Source: Nemertoderma westbladi (taxonomy: Eukaryota; Animalia; Xenacoelomorpha). Taken from it: 64,000 nucleotides of DNA. Position 1 is the stretch's first letter, and every line of letters begins with the position of its first letter. The position numbers and the translations under genes are program-made. Of this stretch, positions 38,690-50,929 are shown in pieces. The stretch spans positions 1-64,000 of the forward strand of contig JAUCBJ010009002.1 in the NCBI GenBank assembly GCA_032718475.1. Reading direction: 5' to 3'. The notes beneath the pieces are model-generated. The model worked only from the letters and a program-made list of their open reading frames with translations, was not told where the DNA came from and ran no database searches.

Positions 38690-40660
38690 CATTGTATTTA
38701 TTTTTACACTTTGAAGTGGTGCAGGTGCATATTGTAGTACATGGTAGAGCGGCTATAGAGCAGCCGCATCGATTGGAAGACCAGGCGCAGAACAAATTGG
38801 GGCAATGGATGAGACGCCAGGATCTGGTATCAGTTTGTCATTGATCGCCATCCAACCAAACTTGTTAACAGCCAACAGTGGAGGTGCAGGATCATCAGCA
38901 GCTCTCCTCAAAAGAACTTGCAAACGAGCCCGTTTTACATGTTGTACAGCGGCACTCTGTGTGGGGGGGAGGTTGAATACTTTAGGGTGTTGCTTCTTTG
39001 TAGTGAATACTATGATCGGCATGCTGCATTGCAGCTGCATTTTTAAGAATGCTGTGCCGGCTTGTCAACAAAATTGCACCGCCACAACTCCCTATCACCC
39101 ATGACATTTGCTAGATCATCCGCATCTTTAAGGCCAGTGTCCTTTAAGATGCGTCTCAAGAAAGTCATAGGCTGTCCACCATGCTTATTCACTCCATGAG
39201 GCTGCCAAAGTACAAGATTATGCACTGGCTGGTCCTCACGGCGAAAGCAATGTCCTGCAAAGCGGAGGCGATTTTGTTCTAGTGTCAAGCTTGGGGGAAC
39301 CAATGAGACACCTCCAATGTTATATAGTGTCTGGTTGGAGATGTGTGCATTGTACTTGACACAATGTACCCGGCGTAGCATTCTTGTGAATGTGCCATCC
39401 AGAGATTTGGTGTCCTCAGCAGTTAGAGCCCAGCATGGACTCCCATAGAGGAGTACTGGAACTACTGCTGCTCTAAATAATCGGACCTTAAGTTTCCGAT
39501 TAATTCTAGGTGACTTCCAAATCCTGGAAAGCCTATTCAAGGCTGCCCATGCCTTTCCCTTACGTATTCGAAGGTCCTCACCTGACTTCCGGATCCATGA
39601 TCCCAGGTAACAGAAGTCGTCCACATGCTCAAGCATACCATCCTTTGAGCTTATGCTCATCCGGTCAGAGACTTGCTGAGGACTTTCAAAGTTAACTGTC
39701 AGAATTTTGGTCTTTCTGGAGTTAATAAAAAGACCAACACTAGAAGCAGCATGTTCTAACGAGCTGAGGAGCCGCTGGGCTCCCTCTAATGATTCTGAGA
39801 GTACTCCTAAGTCATCAGCAAAGTCTAGATCAGTTAGGTACTTGGCAGGATTTCCTCGACTTCTGGAGCCAGTAGGTGGAGTTATCATCATCCCATCATC
39901 ATTATGATGATCTAAGGACATGCGTAGAACATAGTCAACCACAATAATGAACAAGAATGGTGCAAGTGTGTCTCCTTGGAGGACGCCCCATAACACTTCA
40001 AATGGTTCTGTGTCACCGTCAACAGTAGACACAAATGTTGTCGAACCATCGTATACTGATCTGATTGCTGCAATAATTTCATCAGGGATCCCATATAATG
40101 AAAGTATGCTGAACATACGTGAGCGAGAGACTGAATCAAAGGCCTTGAAGAAGTCAACAAAGATAACAGCCAGATGCCTGTCTTTCTTTTTTGATAACTC
40201 TTCAATTATCCTTCTAAGTGCCAAAATGGGTTCCATGGTCCCACGACCTTTACGGAACCCATTCTGATTTCCACGTAGCAGTCTCTCAATGGGATCCCTG
40301 ATGCGATTTAATAGAATTCTATTGTATAGTTTTGCAGCAATCGAGATCAATGAGATTCCCCGAAAAGAACCATAGAGTGTTAGGTTGCCCTTCTTGGGAA
40401 CTGGCACCAACTTATTTGTTTTCATTTCTTGTGGGACTCTTGTTGTACGGTACATGTCTACTATGATGGGATAGATGAGCTTTAAACACTCAGGTATTTT
40501 AAAGACCTCAGGGGGAACACTCAGGTATTTTAAAGACCTCAGGGGGAACACCTTTAGGGTGTTGCTTCTTTGTAGTGAATAGCCTATGTCGAAGTTCATT
40601 CAGAGTATCCGATATGCCACCACCATAGAGGTGTAGTTGTAAATTTACAGCACCCATTCC
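38690..40660 (-). pseudogene. C-terminal fragment of an Academ-type protein (XPG-like end plus Cys finger) split by the RTE
   Basis: LYGGGISDTLNELRHRLFTTKKQHPKV|FNLPPTQSAAVQHVKRARLQ...FGW...LIP, followed by LPCTTICTCTTSKCKN. Confidence 0.7.
39010..40551 (-). mobile_element. 5'-truncated young RTE-clade LINE with an open RT frame
   Basis: VPKKGNL, QNGFRKGR, FVDFFKAFD, GVLQGDTLAPFLF, FADD, YLGS, RLRFAGHCFR. 30-bp TSD at 38980-39009 / 40552-40581. Confidence 0.95.
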
Positions 40661-41186
40661 GCATAATTTAATGGATTTCAAATCTGACTTCGAAATGCGA
40701 GGAAAATATATGTTATTTGGAACTCCTCCAGAGCTCCCTGTGGACGTCTGCAGTAACTGAACTCCATAGCAAAGTTAAATTACGAGGCGGTAGGCAATAT
40801 ATAAACGAAGCGGTTAACGAAACGGCGGTGAACAATAAATAAAACAAAAGAGCATAGGCGTAGGCCTACATACCGTTAAAAGATTTGCAAAATATGGGTA
40901 ATCAAAGCTTTCATAACACAGCTAAGTATACTGCAATTACTGTTTCTTGTTAATTTTCGCATATTGCTACGGAAACTAGCTAAAATTATAATCGTATAAT
41001 TAAAAAAAAAATGTTCTATAAATGTTGTATTATACCATTTTTTTCTAAAATTATACTCTTTTCTTAGAAATTGCTCTGATACGGGATTCTAGAAAATATA
41101 TCAAGTATATTCATATAATTTTATTTATTATCCTATGGTACAGCAATATATCAAATTTGCTACGGTTTTTCACATGTAGGCCTGCT

Positions 41187-44100
41187 GACAACTATCTTTA
41201 TTGAACTGTTATTTGTTATTTTGTACGGATATTTTGTACGAGTAACTATTATTTCGTCCAAGGACTGTTATAACGTCCGAGGCGAAGCCGAGGACTTATA
41301 ACACGTCCGAGGACGAAATAATAGTTACGAGTACAAAATATCCGTACAAAATAACAAATAACAGTTCAATAAATGTGTTGTCTCCCTGAGAAGGTTAACA
41401 ATTCTAAAAGGGTTTTGTTTGGGGGAGAGTAAAGAAAATGGGGCATGGAATTTTTGGGGGATAATATAAATAACGGTATTTATTACGGACTCTATTTAAA
41501 AAAACTCAATATTTTAGCGGGAAATAATTACAAGTAATAATACAGTAAGTAATTTAAGCGTTTTTATTTAATTTCTCTATGTAAATAGACTGACCATTGA
41601 TGATGTTACAGTAGAAAATTCCCTCCCTCAATATTTCGACTGCGGGCAGGTGACAGACTAATCAGTTTAATTGAATTATTACTCATTTCTGTTGCTCTTT
41701 CTTCATTGGCGGAAGACATATTTCACGGCTCGGGTCTCAGCGAAGTCAGGCTAAGCTGATCCTCTCATGGGGTTTTTTGTTTCATATGGTGGTACAGGAG
41801 AACATTGTAGATACATTGTGACACAGCTGTAGTTAATTTGGCAGAATGGTTGGTCAGCGTTTCTAAGAGATGGATCTACCGTTTTGTGAAACTCACTCCA
41901 AGGCACTCAGGACTTAGGCGACGCCCATTCCCACCATTTTCATTCTCATACCTCTGCCATCGGACTATTTAACATACAAACCATTCTAGAACATATTATG
42001 TATTTTGTTACATTATTATGACAACTTATCAGCGTTCTAGTGATATCTCCACAACGAGCGAGGTACCATTTACAGCATTGCGGCCTATAGGACGGAACCC
42101 TGTAAAGTATTCATAATTTAATAGCAATAAACTCCTAAACGTCTTGACTGTTCTCAGTCTATCGATGAGAGCCATATTGTACTGTAAGTGTAACATTATT
42201 TACGTTACATTTGTTACAATAACTGCAAGCAATTTCTTAAAAAGGATATCAATTTCACTTAATATCACTAGAGAGTGAACATTTCAATATTAAATATAAT
42301 AATTTTAAGCGTTGAAAACGCAGACAAGTTTACATAATGTAACAAAATTACGCACCCAATACATCATTCAGCCATTGTGTGAAAAGGGCACTGTTCTGTT
42401 AACAGCGTTTATATTTATGTAACCTCACTCGCTCCACTCGCTCGTTACATAAATACACTCGGGTCATAACTCTGAGAAGTGCTAGTTTTCACACAATCAT
42501 GTAAATAGTTTTGTATTTCAAGAATATTAGTTAAATAAATGGTTTGGCGCGTCTTCACCCGCGTCCAATCTTCGTCTGATCGGGGGAAATGAGCAGATTA
42601 CAGAAACGGCAGGTTACATATGACTTTTTCTAACCAAAACAATAAACAATGTTGCTAATAATCATTTTGAGAGCGAAGTTTTCTCCGGCCGAAGTTTGCT
42701 GCGTACCAAATAAATGGCCATCACAAAACATCAGAGGAAATGCAATAATGCCAATATGCCAGTCAAGTCAGCCTGCACTTTACATACATTACTCTTGTAT
42801 TCTTGTATGCCGCCTTTCCAGCGGCAACAACAAAGCAGCAAAAAGATACCAATATTTCTTGATGTACAAAGGGTGCAATATTGAGGAGACACTTTTTGCA
42901 AACGCTTGCAAAGTAAGTAGTGAGAAAGTTAATTTCTCCCACCTACCGAAAAATTCGAGTTCATACTGCCTATCTATATTTCAAAGTTTTCCTGATATCA
43001 TTAAAGATTTGTAAAAAATATAGCGGAGGGGGAGAGAGTTGCCCAGTTAAGGGGCCGCATTCGTAATTACGACTTGTCGCTCAATTAGGATAAAAAATTT
43101 AGTGCTATATTTTTTCACAACTGTGGCTAAGTGATAACCTTGAATACATACCAGAATAACTTTAAAATTATTTATGATGGCCTAGTCTCTGTATAGTTAT
43201 AGTAGCCTCCATTGCGCTAAATGAAATGGGAAACTTAAAATTTTCTAGAATAATTGTAGGCCAATAGAATAATGTTCATGTGGAATCCTTACCTTAGTAT
43301 AATTATGTAAAAATGCTGTAGCTAATATTCTAGAAAATTAATACAACTTGACGATTTCAAAAATGCTACAAATTTCCGTACAATATAACACAATTTGCGT
43401 ACTATATAACACAATTTGCGTAAAAAATAAATAACACTTTTAGTACGGAAATTTTGATATATAGGAATTATTACGGGATTTAGGGGAGACAACTACGTAT
43501 ATGGGTCAATAAGCTTAAAAGTGGCCAATGGTTTGTCCGGAAGTTACGATATAATTTTAAATGCTTTAATTTATTCGTATATGTAATAAAGTTATATATT
43601 ATTTTGTAGCTAATTTATTTGCGCAGCAAACGCACTAAAAATTATCAAAATCTGTAAAGGCAGTCAAAAGATATGCCCCATCAAAGACTGAAATATCGTG
43701 AAAATCAGTTGTCCCTTACACGACAACACCACAAACAACTGTAAATTTTATCACTCCAAGTGGCAAATATATAGGAAACCTATGTTGGGGAGCTTAGATC
43801 ATCACAAGATTCGCCATGAAATTATCTTTTGAAGGGTGTATGGTATGGCACTAATTTCCGACAAAAATTTTTCGGTCAATTTGTACCCATTTTTGGCCAC
43901 TTTTAAGCTTATTGACCCATATCTGTATATGTTTAGATCTGACAATGCATACAATATTGCAATGTTTAATATACGGAAATAATAACCTGAAGCGAATAAA
44001 ACTGTAATAAATCACTTCTGCCTAATCCTTCAGCAAATTAACCTAATATAATAACCTCGGCCTGCGGCCTCGGTAATTATACAGGTTAATTTGCTTCTGG

Positions 44101-44222
44101 AACGGCATCAGTGATTATTAAGTTTTATTCGCTTCAGGTTATTATTTCCGTATATTAACTCTAGAACATTGCAATATTGTATGTATTGTCAGATCTAAAC
44201 ATATACAGATATACGTAGTTGT
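41187..44222 (-). mobile_element. Crypton-like (tyrosine recombinase) relic bounded by two long palindromes
   Basis: Hairpins at 41187-41382 and 43489-44222, with CCGAGGCGAAGCCGAGG / CCTCGGCCTGCGGCCTCGG loops. Minus-strand remnants RPIGRNAV (~42071-42100) and LTNHSAK.TTAVSQ (~41820-41857). Confidence 0.5.
43502..43919. mobile_element. TA-duplicating MITE inside the right hairpin
   Basis: Perfect TIR TGGGTCAATAAGCTTAAAAGTGGCCAA; removing it restores the palindrome arm ACAACTACGTATATCTG. Confidence 0.9.
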
Positions 44223-45215
44223 TTATCTCTGTTCTAGAACACATTTAATGTAATTTTTGGAATAGGTTGACTAATTTGTACTTGTATTTTATGCTGTAAA
44301 AAAATTCCCCAAGGTATCCCAACTGGCACCCGGTGAATATTTAAATTATTATTATCAGGGAAGATATTGAGAAAATAAAATTGCGCGATGACCCAAGTTC
44401 ACGGTCCTCCGTTGAGCTCTATTGAGCGTTTACTGGACTAATAAAGACAAATTTGGGGGGGGGGGGGGGGGGGGGGGTCCGTGTCATCAGAAAATCACAC
44501 TATATTACGGGACATGGGGTATAAATATTACTTATATATATTACTAGTACTTACTATATTACTTATTACAATATACATATTACTTAAATATATACATATT
44601 GATTATTTTGTTTTGTTTATTAAATTGTTTATTTTACTCAGATGACTGTAATTTATGTGTATGTACGTCAAATATAGATTCAGAAATTTTGGGGGAATTA
44701 TTTACTGTCCGGTTGTATAACTGAGTCGGATACCGGACAGTCCGGAAATGGGGCCGGACGATTCTGAAAACGGACATGGACAATTTTTTTAACTAAATTA
44801 TGTCCGGGGAACTATTTTGCGACTAAAAGTAAGTTCAACCCCGGTGTATGTGTTGAAAGAACACGTAGAAAAGGTTTGCAAGTAATTTGAGGAAAATCCA
44901 TTCACTCACACAAAAGTTATTACAACTTTAGTGTCTGTAAGACGAACTCCCAAACTGAACTCAATATCCAATATTGGTTTATGTTGTTAAGCGGCTCTCT
45001 AGTTACGTAATAAATATACGAGAACACTAAATTATTTAACATTAAGTAAAGTAAGTAGGCGGGGCAAGAGCCGTTCGACAAATTCTTTAACATGGTAGAC
45101 TATGGCAGACACTGTCTTAATCCCGGTGTTTAGCATACTACTCCCCTGTAGTTGCTTGCACATTATCATAAGATGTATCTACCCAATTATTATTAGTATT
45201 ATTATGTTATATTAT

Positions 45216-46732
45216 CCCAGGTAGCACAGGACGTCCACGAAAGAAATTGAACGTTCATATTTGGTACTTTTTTTATGCGAATCTGAACATCAATGAAATA
45301 TTGTTCAAAATAGGTAAAAATTGCTGACGTTGTGAGTAATTTACCAAATTGTGACGTTCACATTAGGTACTTTAACGTCCTAACTTTAAAGAAATTGAAT
45401 ATGTACCAAAACAAACGAATATTGTACGTTCAAATTGCGTCCAGTTATGCGTTCATTTCTTTGTACCTAAATATGTACGTTGTTTGAACATTTATGAACG
45501 TTCAAACATAATTTACTTTAACTTGTTATGTCAATGGCATGTTCAAACTTGTTCGTGATACAATTATCTGACTATTTATTATTGTGCAATTATTTTTTAT
45601 GTTGGTTAGCCTACTCCTTGTATGGTTGGTGTGTTTCCGCTTAGTTATATCTGGACTAATGGTTCATTCTCAATACAAAACAATTACTTTAAGTAATCGA
45701 AAAATTATTCACACAACAAAAAATTGATAACCAATACAATGCTGACGCATTTTTAAACATTTTAAACAACAAATAACATCAAAATTAGACAAAGGTGATT
45801 CTACTGATTACTAAGGCTAATACACTAGTACTATGTCACGAAAAATTGTAATAAAATTATTAGAATATATTAGGCCTATTGAACCAAGAAAATAACAAAC
45901 AAAGAAAACCGCAAAAGTTTGTCTATTTTGATACCAACTGACCAAATACCATTACATTTTGTGAGATAAATCGGATATATGGGCGTTGGAATGTTCAAAC
46001 TTCTATCATGCGTAGGGTAATTTTTTTAATCGCAAAACATTATTACTTTCTTACGTTTCAATTGCTTTTTGTATGTATTATTGCCTTATTGCATAGATAC
46101 AAAATTTCAAATATCAATTATAAGGTCATAAAATTAATTAATTTTTTTTAAGATTCATCAATATGAATAATCTATTTTGGCTGGAAATAAGATAAAATAC
46201 AGAAATCTAACTAATCCAATGCGAATTTGTGGATCATCACCATAATATATCATGGATACTCTTATATCACTATCGATTAAATAATTTCCTATATACTCGG
46301 ATGCTTCCTTCTCTAAATGTATAGGGTATTGTAGGTGTAGGGCCGTAGGATAGGGTGTAGGGATTGGATAAGGTAGGCTAACCCCCCCCCCCCCCCCCTC
46401 CCCTCTCTACACAGAGCATGCACCAACAAACAGTGATTGGTTGGTCTCACGTTAAATTTTTACGTTTATTCAACCTAATATGGACCTATAACACACCAGA
46501 AATGAACGTCTAGTGAACACGTCATTTGAACATAGATTGCCTGTGGTCTCTTTTACGTTCAATTGCCCGTTCATATTACGGTACTTCTGACGGCCAACTT
46601 TGAACTATTGAACGTTTAGCATCAATAGCATCTTATAGGAGAAATACAACGTCATATGAACATAAATCCAGAACGTCTGGACGAATAATGAACGTAAATT
46701 TACCGTAAATTTACGTATTTGTGCTACCTGGG
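45216..46732. mobile_element. Non-autonomous CMC/EnSpm-like element
   Basis: TIR CCCAGGTAGCACA / TGTGCTACCTGGG, AT flanks, AACGT-rich subterminal motifs. It sits within a LINE-like 3' end whose AATAAA-(CAAT)n tail lies at ~46886-46916. Confidence 0.8.
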
Positions 46733-47187
46733 ATATTATGTATTATTTATCATTAGTATGTATTATATATTCCGGTACCTAACAGGATACTGCGCTAACT
46801 AGCACTATGCTACTAAGCAGTCTTCCTGCCCATTTTATTGTGAATTATGTAATGTATTTGTTATAATTATGTATTATTTGGGAAAATAAATAAACCAATC
46901 AATCAATCAATCAATCTGTACAGCTGTAGGAACAGCATTGCATATTCGAGTTCTGCAGTATTCTGATATTGCAGTACCCTACTGGTGTATTTAGGTAGGC
47001 CTAGGCTTATTGCTAATTGTTGGGGTTTTAGAGTTCAGGAGTTGTCAGTTGTGGAAAGCGAATTAGGCCCTACTGCCCTATGGGAATAGTACAGTCCAGC
47101 AGTCTGACAGTACCGGTACAGTAATAGTCTGGTAGTATAACTTACTGTCAACTTACTGTATAACGGAGTGCTGGAGTGATGATGACC

Positions 47188-48340
47188 CTATATGGAATAT
47201 TGACAAAAAGCGCGCCACACTGATTCTGGTTAAACGAAAAGCGCGCCAGCAATGACATTCAATGCGCGCCAACCATTGAAATATTGACCATTAAATTTTG
47301 CAATTATTGTAATCATTTATCAGTTTATACTGCTGTACTGCAGTACCTACGCTATACAGACCTAGAGCTAGACCCACTCCCTACAGTATTTTAACATGAA
47401 AATGCGAGCGTAGCGAGCAAGAAAATTTTGCAGAAATGTAAACATGAATAGGCGTACAGTAATACTGTAATAATCAGATAGTACAGTACTGCAGTAGTAG
47501 GTCAACCGAGTGTTTTTAAGTACCGGTACAGATGTGACTAAATTGCGAGCGTAGCGAGCAAGAAAATTTTAACGTTTTTTGGTCAACGGACTATTTTTTA
47601 CCTACAGATGTGATTATAATTAAATCGGAGTGTAGCGAGCACGGAAAATCTGCTGAATCGTGGTTTTACAGTTTTAGGCTATATTGATGTGAACAATTGA
47701 AAAACCTTTCAAACAACTCATATTTTGAAAGACATTAAAACTTTGCAGCTTTGGCCTGATTTGTGATTGGTCATGATGATTAACGTGGATTGGATACGGT
47801 TATAGTACCTTCAATGCTCAATCTGTCGGTTTGTCCATAATGTGGGAGTGCAAAACAGTTCAAGCAGTCAAGGCACGGAACTACCGTACTTCTATAGGTT
47901 AATAAACAAATACTGTCTGACTGTAATAAAATATCACCGTATCTAATCAAATATCCCTATTACTGTATAATAGTTATTAGAATGATGAATAAGAGAAGAG
48001 CGTACAGTAGGCAGGTAGGCTATAATACACAAACGCGAGCGAAGCGAGCGAAAATTTTTAAGGCCTAGGCCTAACTCTTTTTAAAAATAGGCTCTACTGG
48101 CAGACCGGTATAATTTCAAGTAGAGTGGCTGGATTGGATATGTTGCCATGCCAGTGCATTTTGCTACTGTACATGACAGCATGACATCCATTTCCGCGCC
48201 AGGATCCTCAATGCGCGCCACACGCCCCAGTTCCTTCGCGCCAGGATCCTAAATGCGCGCCACACGCAACTGTTCCTTCGCGCCAGGATCCTAAATGCGC
48301 GCCACACATGTTGAGCAAACTCTACATAAATTCCAACCTG
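47188..48340. mobile_element. Non-autonomous hAT-like element (second partial copy at 48481-48900)
   Basis: Flanked by the direct repeat GATGATGACC (47178-47187, 48341-48350); GCGCGCCA subterminal motifs; GCGAGCGTAGCGAGC motifs. Confidence 0.7.
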
Positions 48341-49045
48341 GATGATGACCGATGATGTGATCGCGATCACTGAAAATTCCAGTCACGAAGACTTTGTGGA
48401 GGCAGTTGAGGTACCAACAGAGGCCGATTCTGAGGGTAAGTTTAAATAAAAAATACCGGACGGGTCTGATCAGCTGCTTGCAGGCCTATATGGAATATTG
48501 ACAAAAAGCGCGCCACTCGGATTCTGGTTAAACGAAAAGCGCGCCAGCCATGACATTCTGACATTCAATGCGCGCCAACCATTGAAAGATTGACCACTAA
48601 ATTTTGCAATTATTGTAGGCCTAATCCAGTAATCATTTATCAGTTAATACTGCAGTACCTACGCTACAGACAGACAGACCTAGACCCACTCTGCCACTCC
48701 TACAGTATTTTAACATGAAAATGCAAGCGCAACGAGCAAGAAAATTTTGCAGAAATGTAAACATGAATAGGCGTACAAGTAATACTGTAATATTCAGATA
48801 GTAGGTCAACCGACTGTTTTTAAATACAGATGTGATTAAATTGCGAGCGTAGCGAGCAAGAAAATTTTAAAATTTTTTGGTCAACCGTCTATTTTTACAT
48901 GAGAGTAAAAACACAAGCGATCATTTTGTGAACATCCAATGATATTGCCTGTTTTATAAATGCTTTAAGTTGTTATGGGATGTTCTGTTTGATTGGTTGT
49001 TATATGATTTACTTGCTAATCTTGGCCAGTATTAAATACACTAAA

Positions 49046-50240
49046 TCAACACGAAGTGGGGCCTTCGCGCAGCACGTGAAATGAGTTAATGCTAAGTATC
49101 AACTCGAAAGGATTATAAAAACATAGGAGAAGATTTTCCCGGAAAACGTTAACGCTCCAGCGGGAGACTGGGTAACTGAAGAAGGAAGGATTAGTTTCCC
49201 TACAAAGCCACAGCCTATGGTCTATTACATATCTGCCAAATTTCAGCATAAATGGATTAAAAGCAAAGAAATGGGAGGACATTTAACGTTTAGACATGTG
49301 GCCCTCTAGCAGGAGACTAATGCTCTGATGGTGTCTGAAAGTCTCTCAAACGTCTCAACTTTTGATCATATTGATGCCTACAAATTTTCAACTTGGCAGC
49401 TTTAAATTCGACAAAGTTATAAGCATGTCAATATCATAACGACGACAACGATTTCACTTTCAGACATTTGGCCCTCTAGCGGCAGACTGGAGAACTGCAG
49501 ATGGATTCGCCTCCTTTGAAAGTCACAGCTAATGGTCTAATACATATCTGCTAAGTTTCAGCTTAAACGGATTAAAAGCAAAGAAATGGGAGGGCATTTA
49601 ATGTTTAGACATGTGGCCCTCTAGCGGGAGACCATTGCACTGATGGTGTCTGAAAGTCTCTCAAAAATCTCAACTTTAGCTCATATTGATACCTACAAAT
49701 TTTCAACTTTGCAGCTTTAAATCCGACAAAGTTATTAGCATGTCAAAATCGTAACGACGACAACGATTTCACTTTCAGACCTTTGGCCCTCTAGCGGCAG
49801 ACTGGAGAACTGCAGATGGATTCGCCTCCTTTGAAAGTCACAGCTAATGGTCTAATACATATCTGCCAAGTTTCAGCTTAAACGGATTAAAAGCAAAGAA
49901 ATGGGAGGTCATTTAATGTTTAGACATGTGGCCCTCTAGCGGGAGACCATTGCACTGATGGTGTCTGAAAGTCTCTCAAAAATCTCAACTTTTGCTCATA
50001 TTGATACCTACAAATTTTCAACTTGGCAGCTTTAAATCCGACAAAGTTATTAGCATGTCAAAATCGTAACGACGACGACGACGACAACGACGACGACGAC
50101 GACAACGACGACGACGACGACGACGACAACAACGACGACGACGACGACGACGACGACGACAACTATTTGCATAAATTGACCCACCCCCTAACAGTGTCAA
50201 TTCGCTAAGGCTCCGCCAACTTCGTGGCTCGCCCCACAAG
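49046..50240 (+). mobile_element. Helentron/HINE-like non-autonomous element (3 central units, GAC microsatellite, 3' hairpin)
   Basis: The 5' CACGAAGTGGGGC is complementary to the 3' CTTCGTG..GCCCCAC; central ~315-bp repeats; (GAC)n at 50070-50160. Confidence 0.6.
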
Positions 50241-50929
50241 CACTGATCAATGTGTACAGATATACAGTAGGAGTCAATATGTTTCACAGGAGGCATGATG
50301 GAGGGGCTGAGAGGGGGGGGGGGGGGGGGGGGGTTCGAAAACCTATCTTGGTGAATTAAAAGCACATTCCGGCGAATTAGCAATGATAATTATTAAGTGA
50401 GGGAAAGGAGCAGGTTGCTGTGGCAGGATAATGGATAGAATAATAATGATTTTTATTACGTACCGGTTGTAAAAGCTTCTGTGGGATATAACTGGCCCCT
50501 TTTGCTTCGCAATCCAGTTTCCCCCCAGGCGCTGGAATACTCTAAAAAGGTTCTCTAACTGTATATATATTCCCCTCGCCCGCAAGGTACCGTTACAGGT
50601 GTTTTAACGGACATAAAAGTCATTCTGCTATATACGTGTTTTGGCGGACATGGTAAGGCAAAAAACCTGCAATGCACCAACTACCTTTCACAGCTTAGCC
50701 GTGATGATTCATATTACGACATCTAACAGCTGGTTGCTGACATGGAAACAGCCATTGGACGCATGGTTCTTTGTTTGGCTTGAGCCAATCAGAGCGATTT
50801 TTCCTGTCGACGTGTAGCTTTTCGGCCGATCATAAGGAGAGTGTTCAGTCTTACTGTTTTTACTTGATACTTTGTTGTTATTGCTGTTTAAGCCAGAAAC
50901 ACCGGCTCTAGAAACTCTAGTAAAACTGC

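Larger units (their letters stand above)
36649..44440 (-). mobile_element. Internally deleted Academ-like DNA transposon with nested insertions
   Basis: Termini TAGTC...GACTA; imperfect ~130-bp TIRs (CCGTGACTTTGGGTCATCACGCA / GCGCGATGACCCAAGTTCACGG); 3-bp TSD ATA; encloses an XPG/Cys-finger protein remnant. Confidence 0.65.

Noticed and set aside
40552-40599. N-terminus of the 518-aa RTE ORF
   Set aside because: Reads through the TSD and flanking Academ sequence; the RTE copy is truncated and has no true start.
1426-50333. Scattered poly-C/poly-G runs of ~17-25 nt
   Set aside because: Common homopolymers, mostly inside repeats; their lengths are unreliable in long-read assemblies and no function is evident.
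50018-50383. Poly-Arg (protamine-like) and poly-Asp ORFs, also at 53345-53569
   Set aside because: Translations of a (GAC)n microsatellite in a repeat element.
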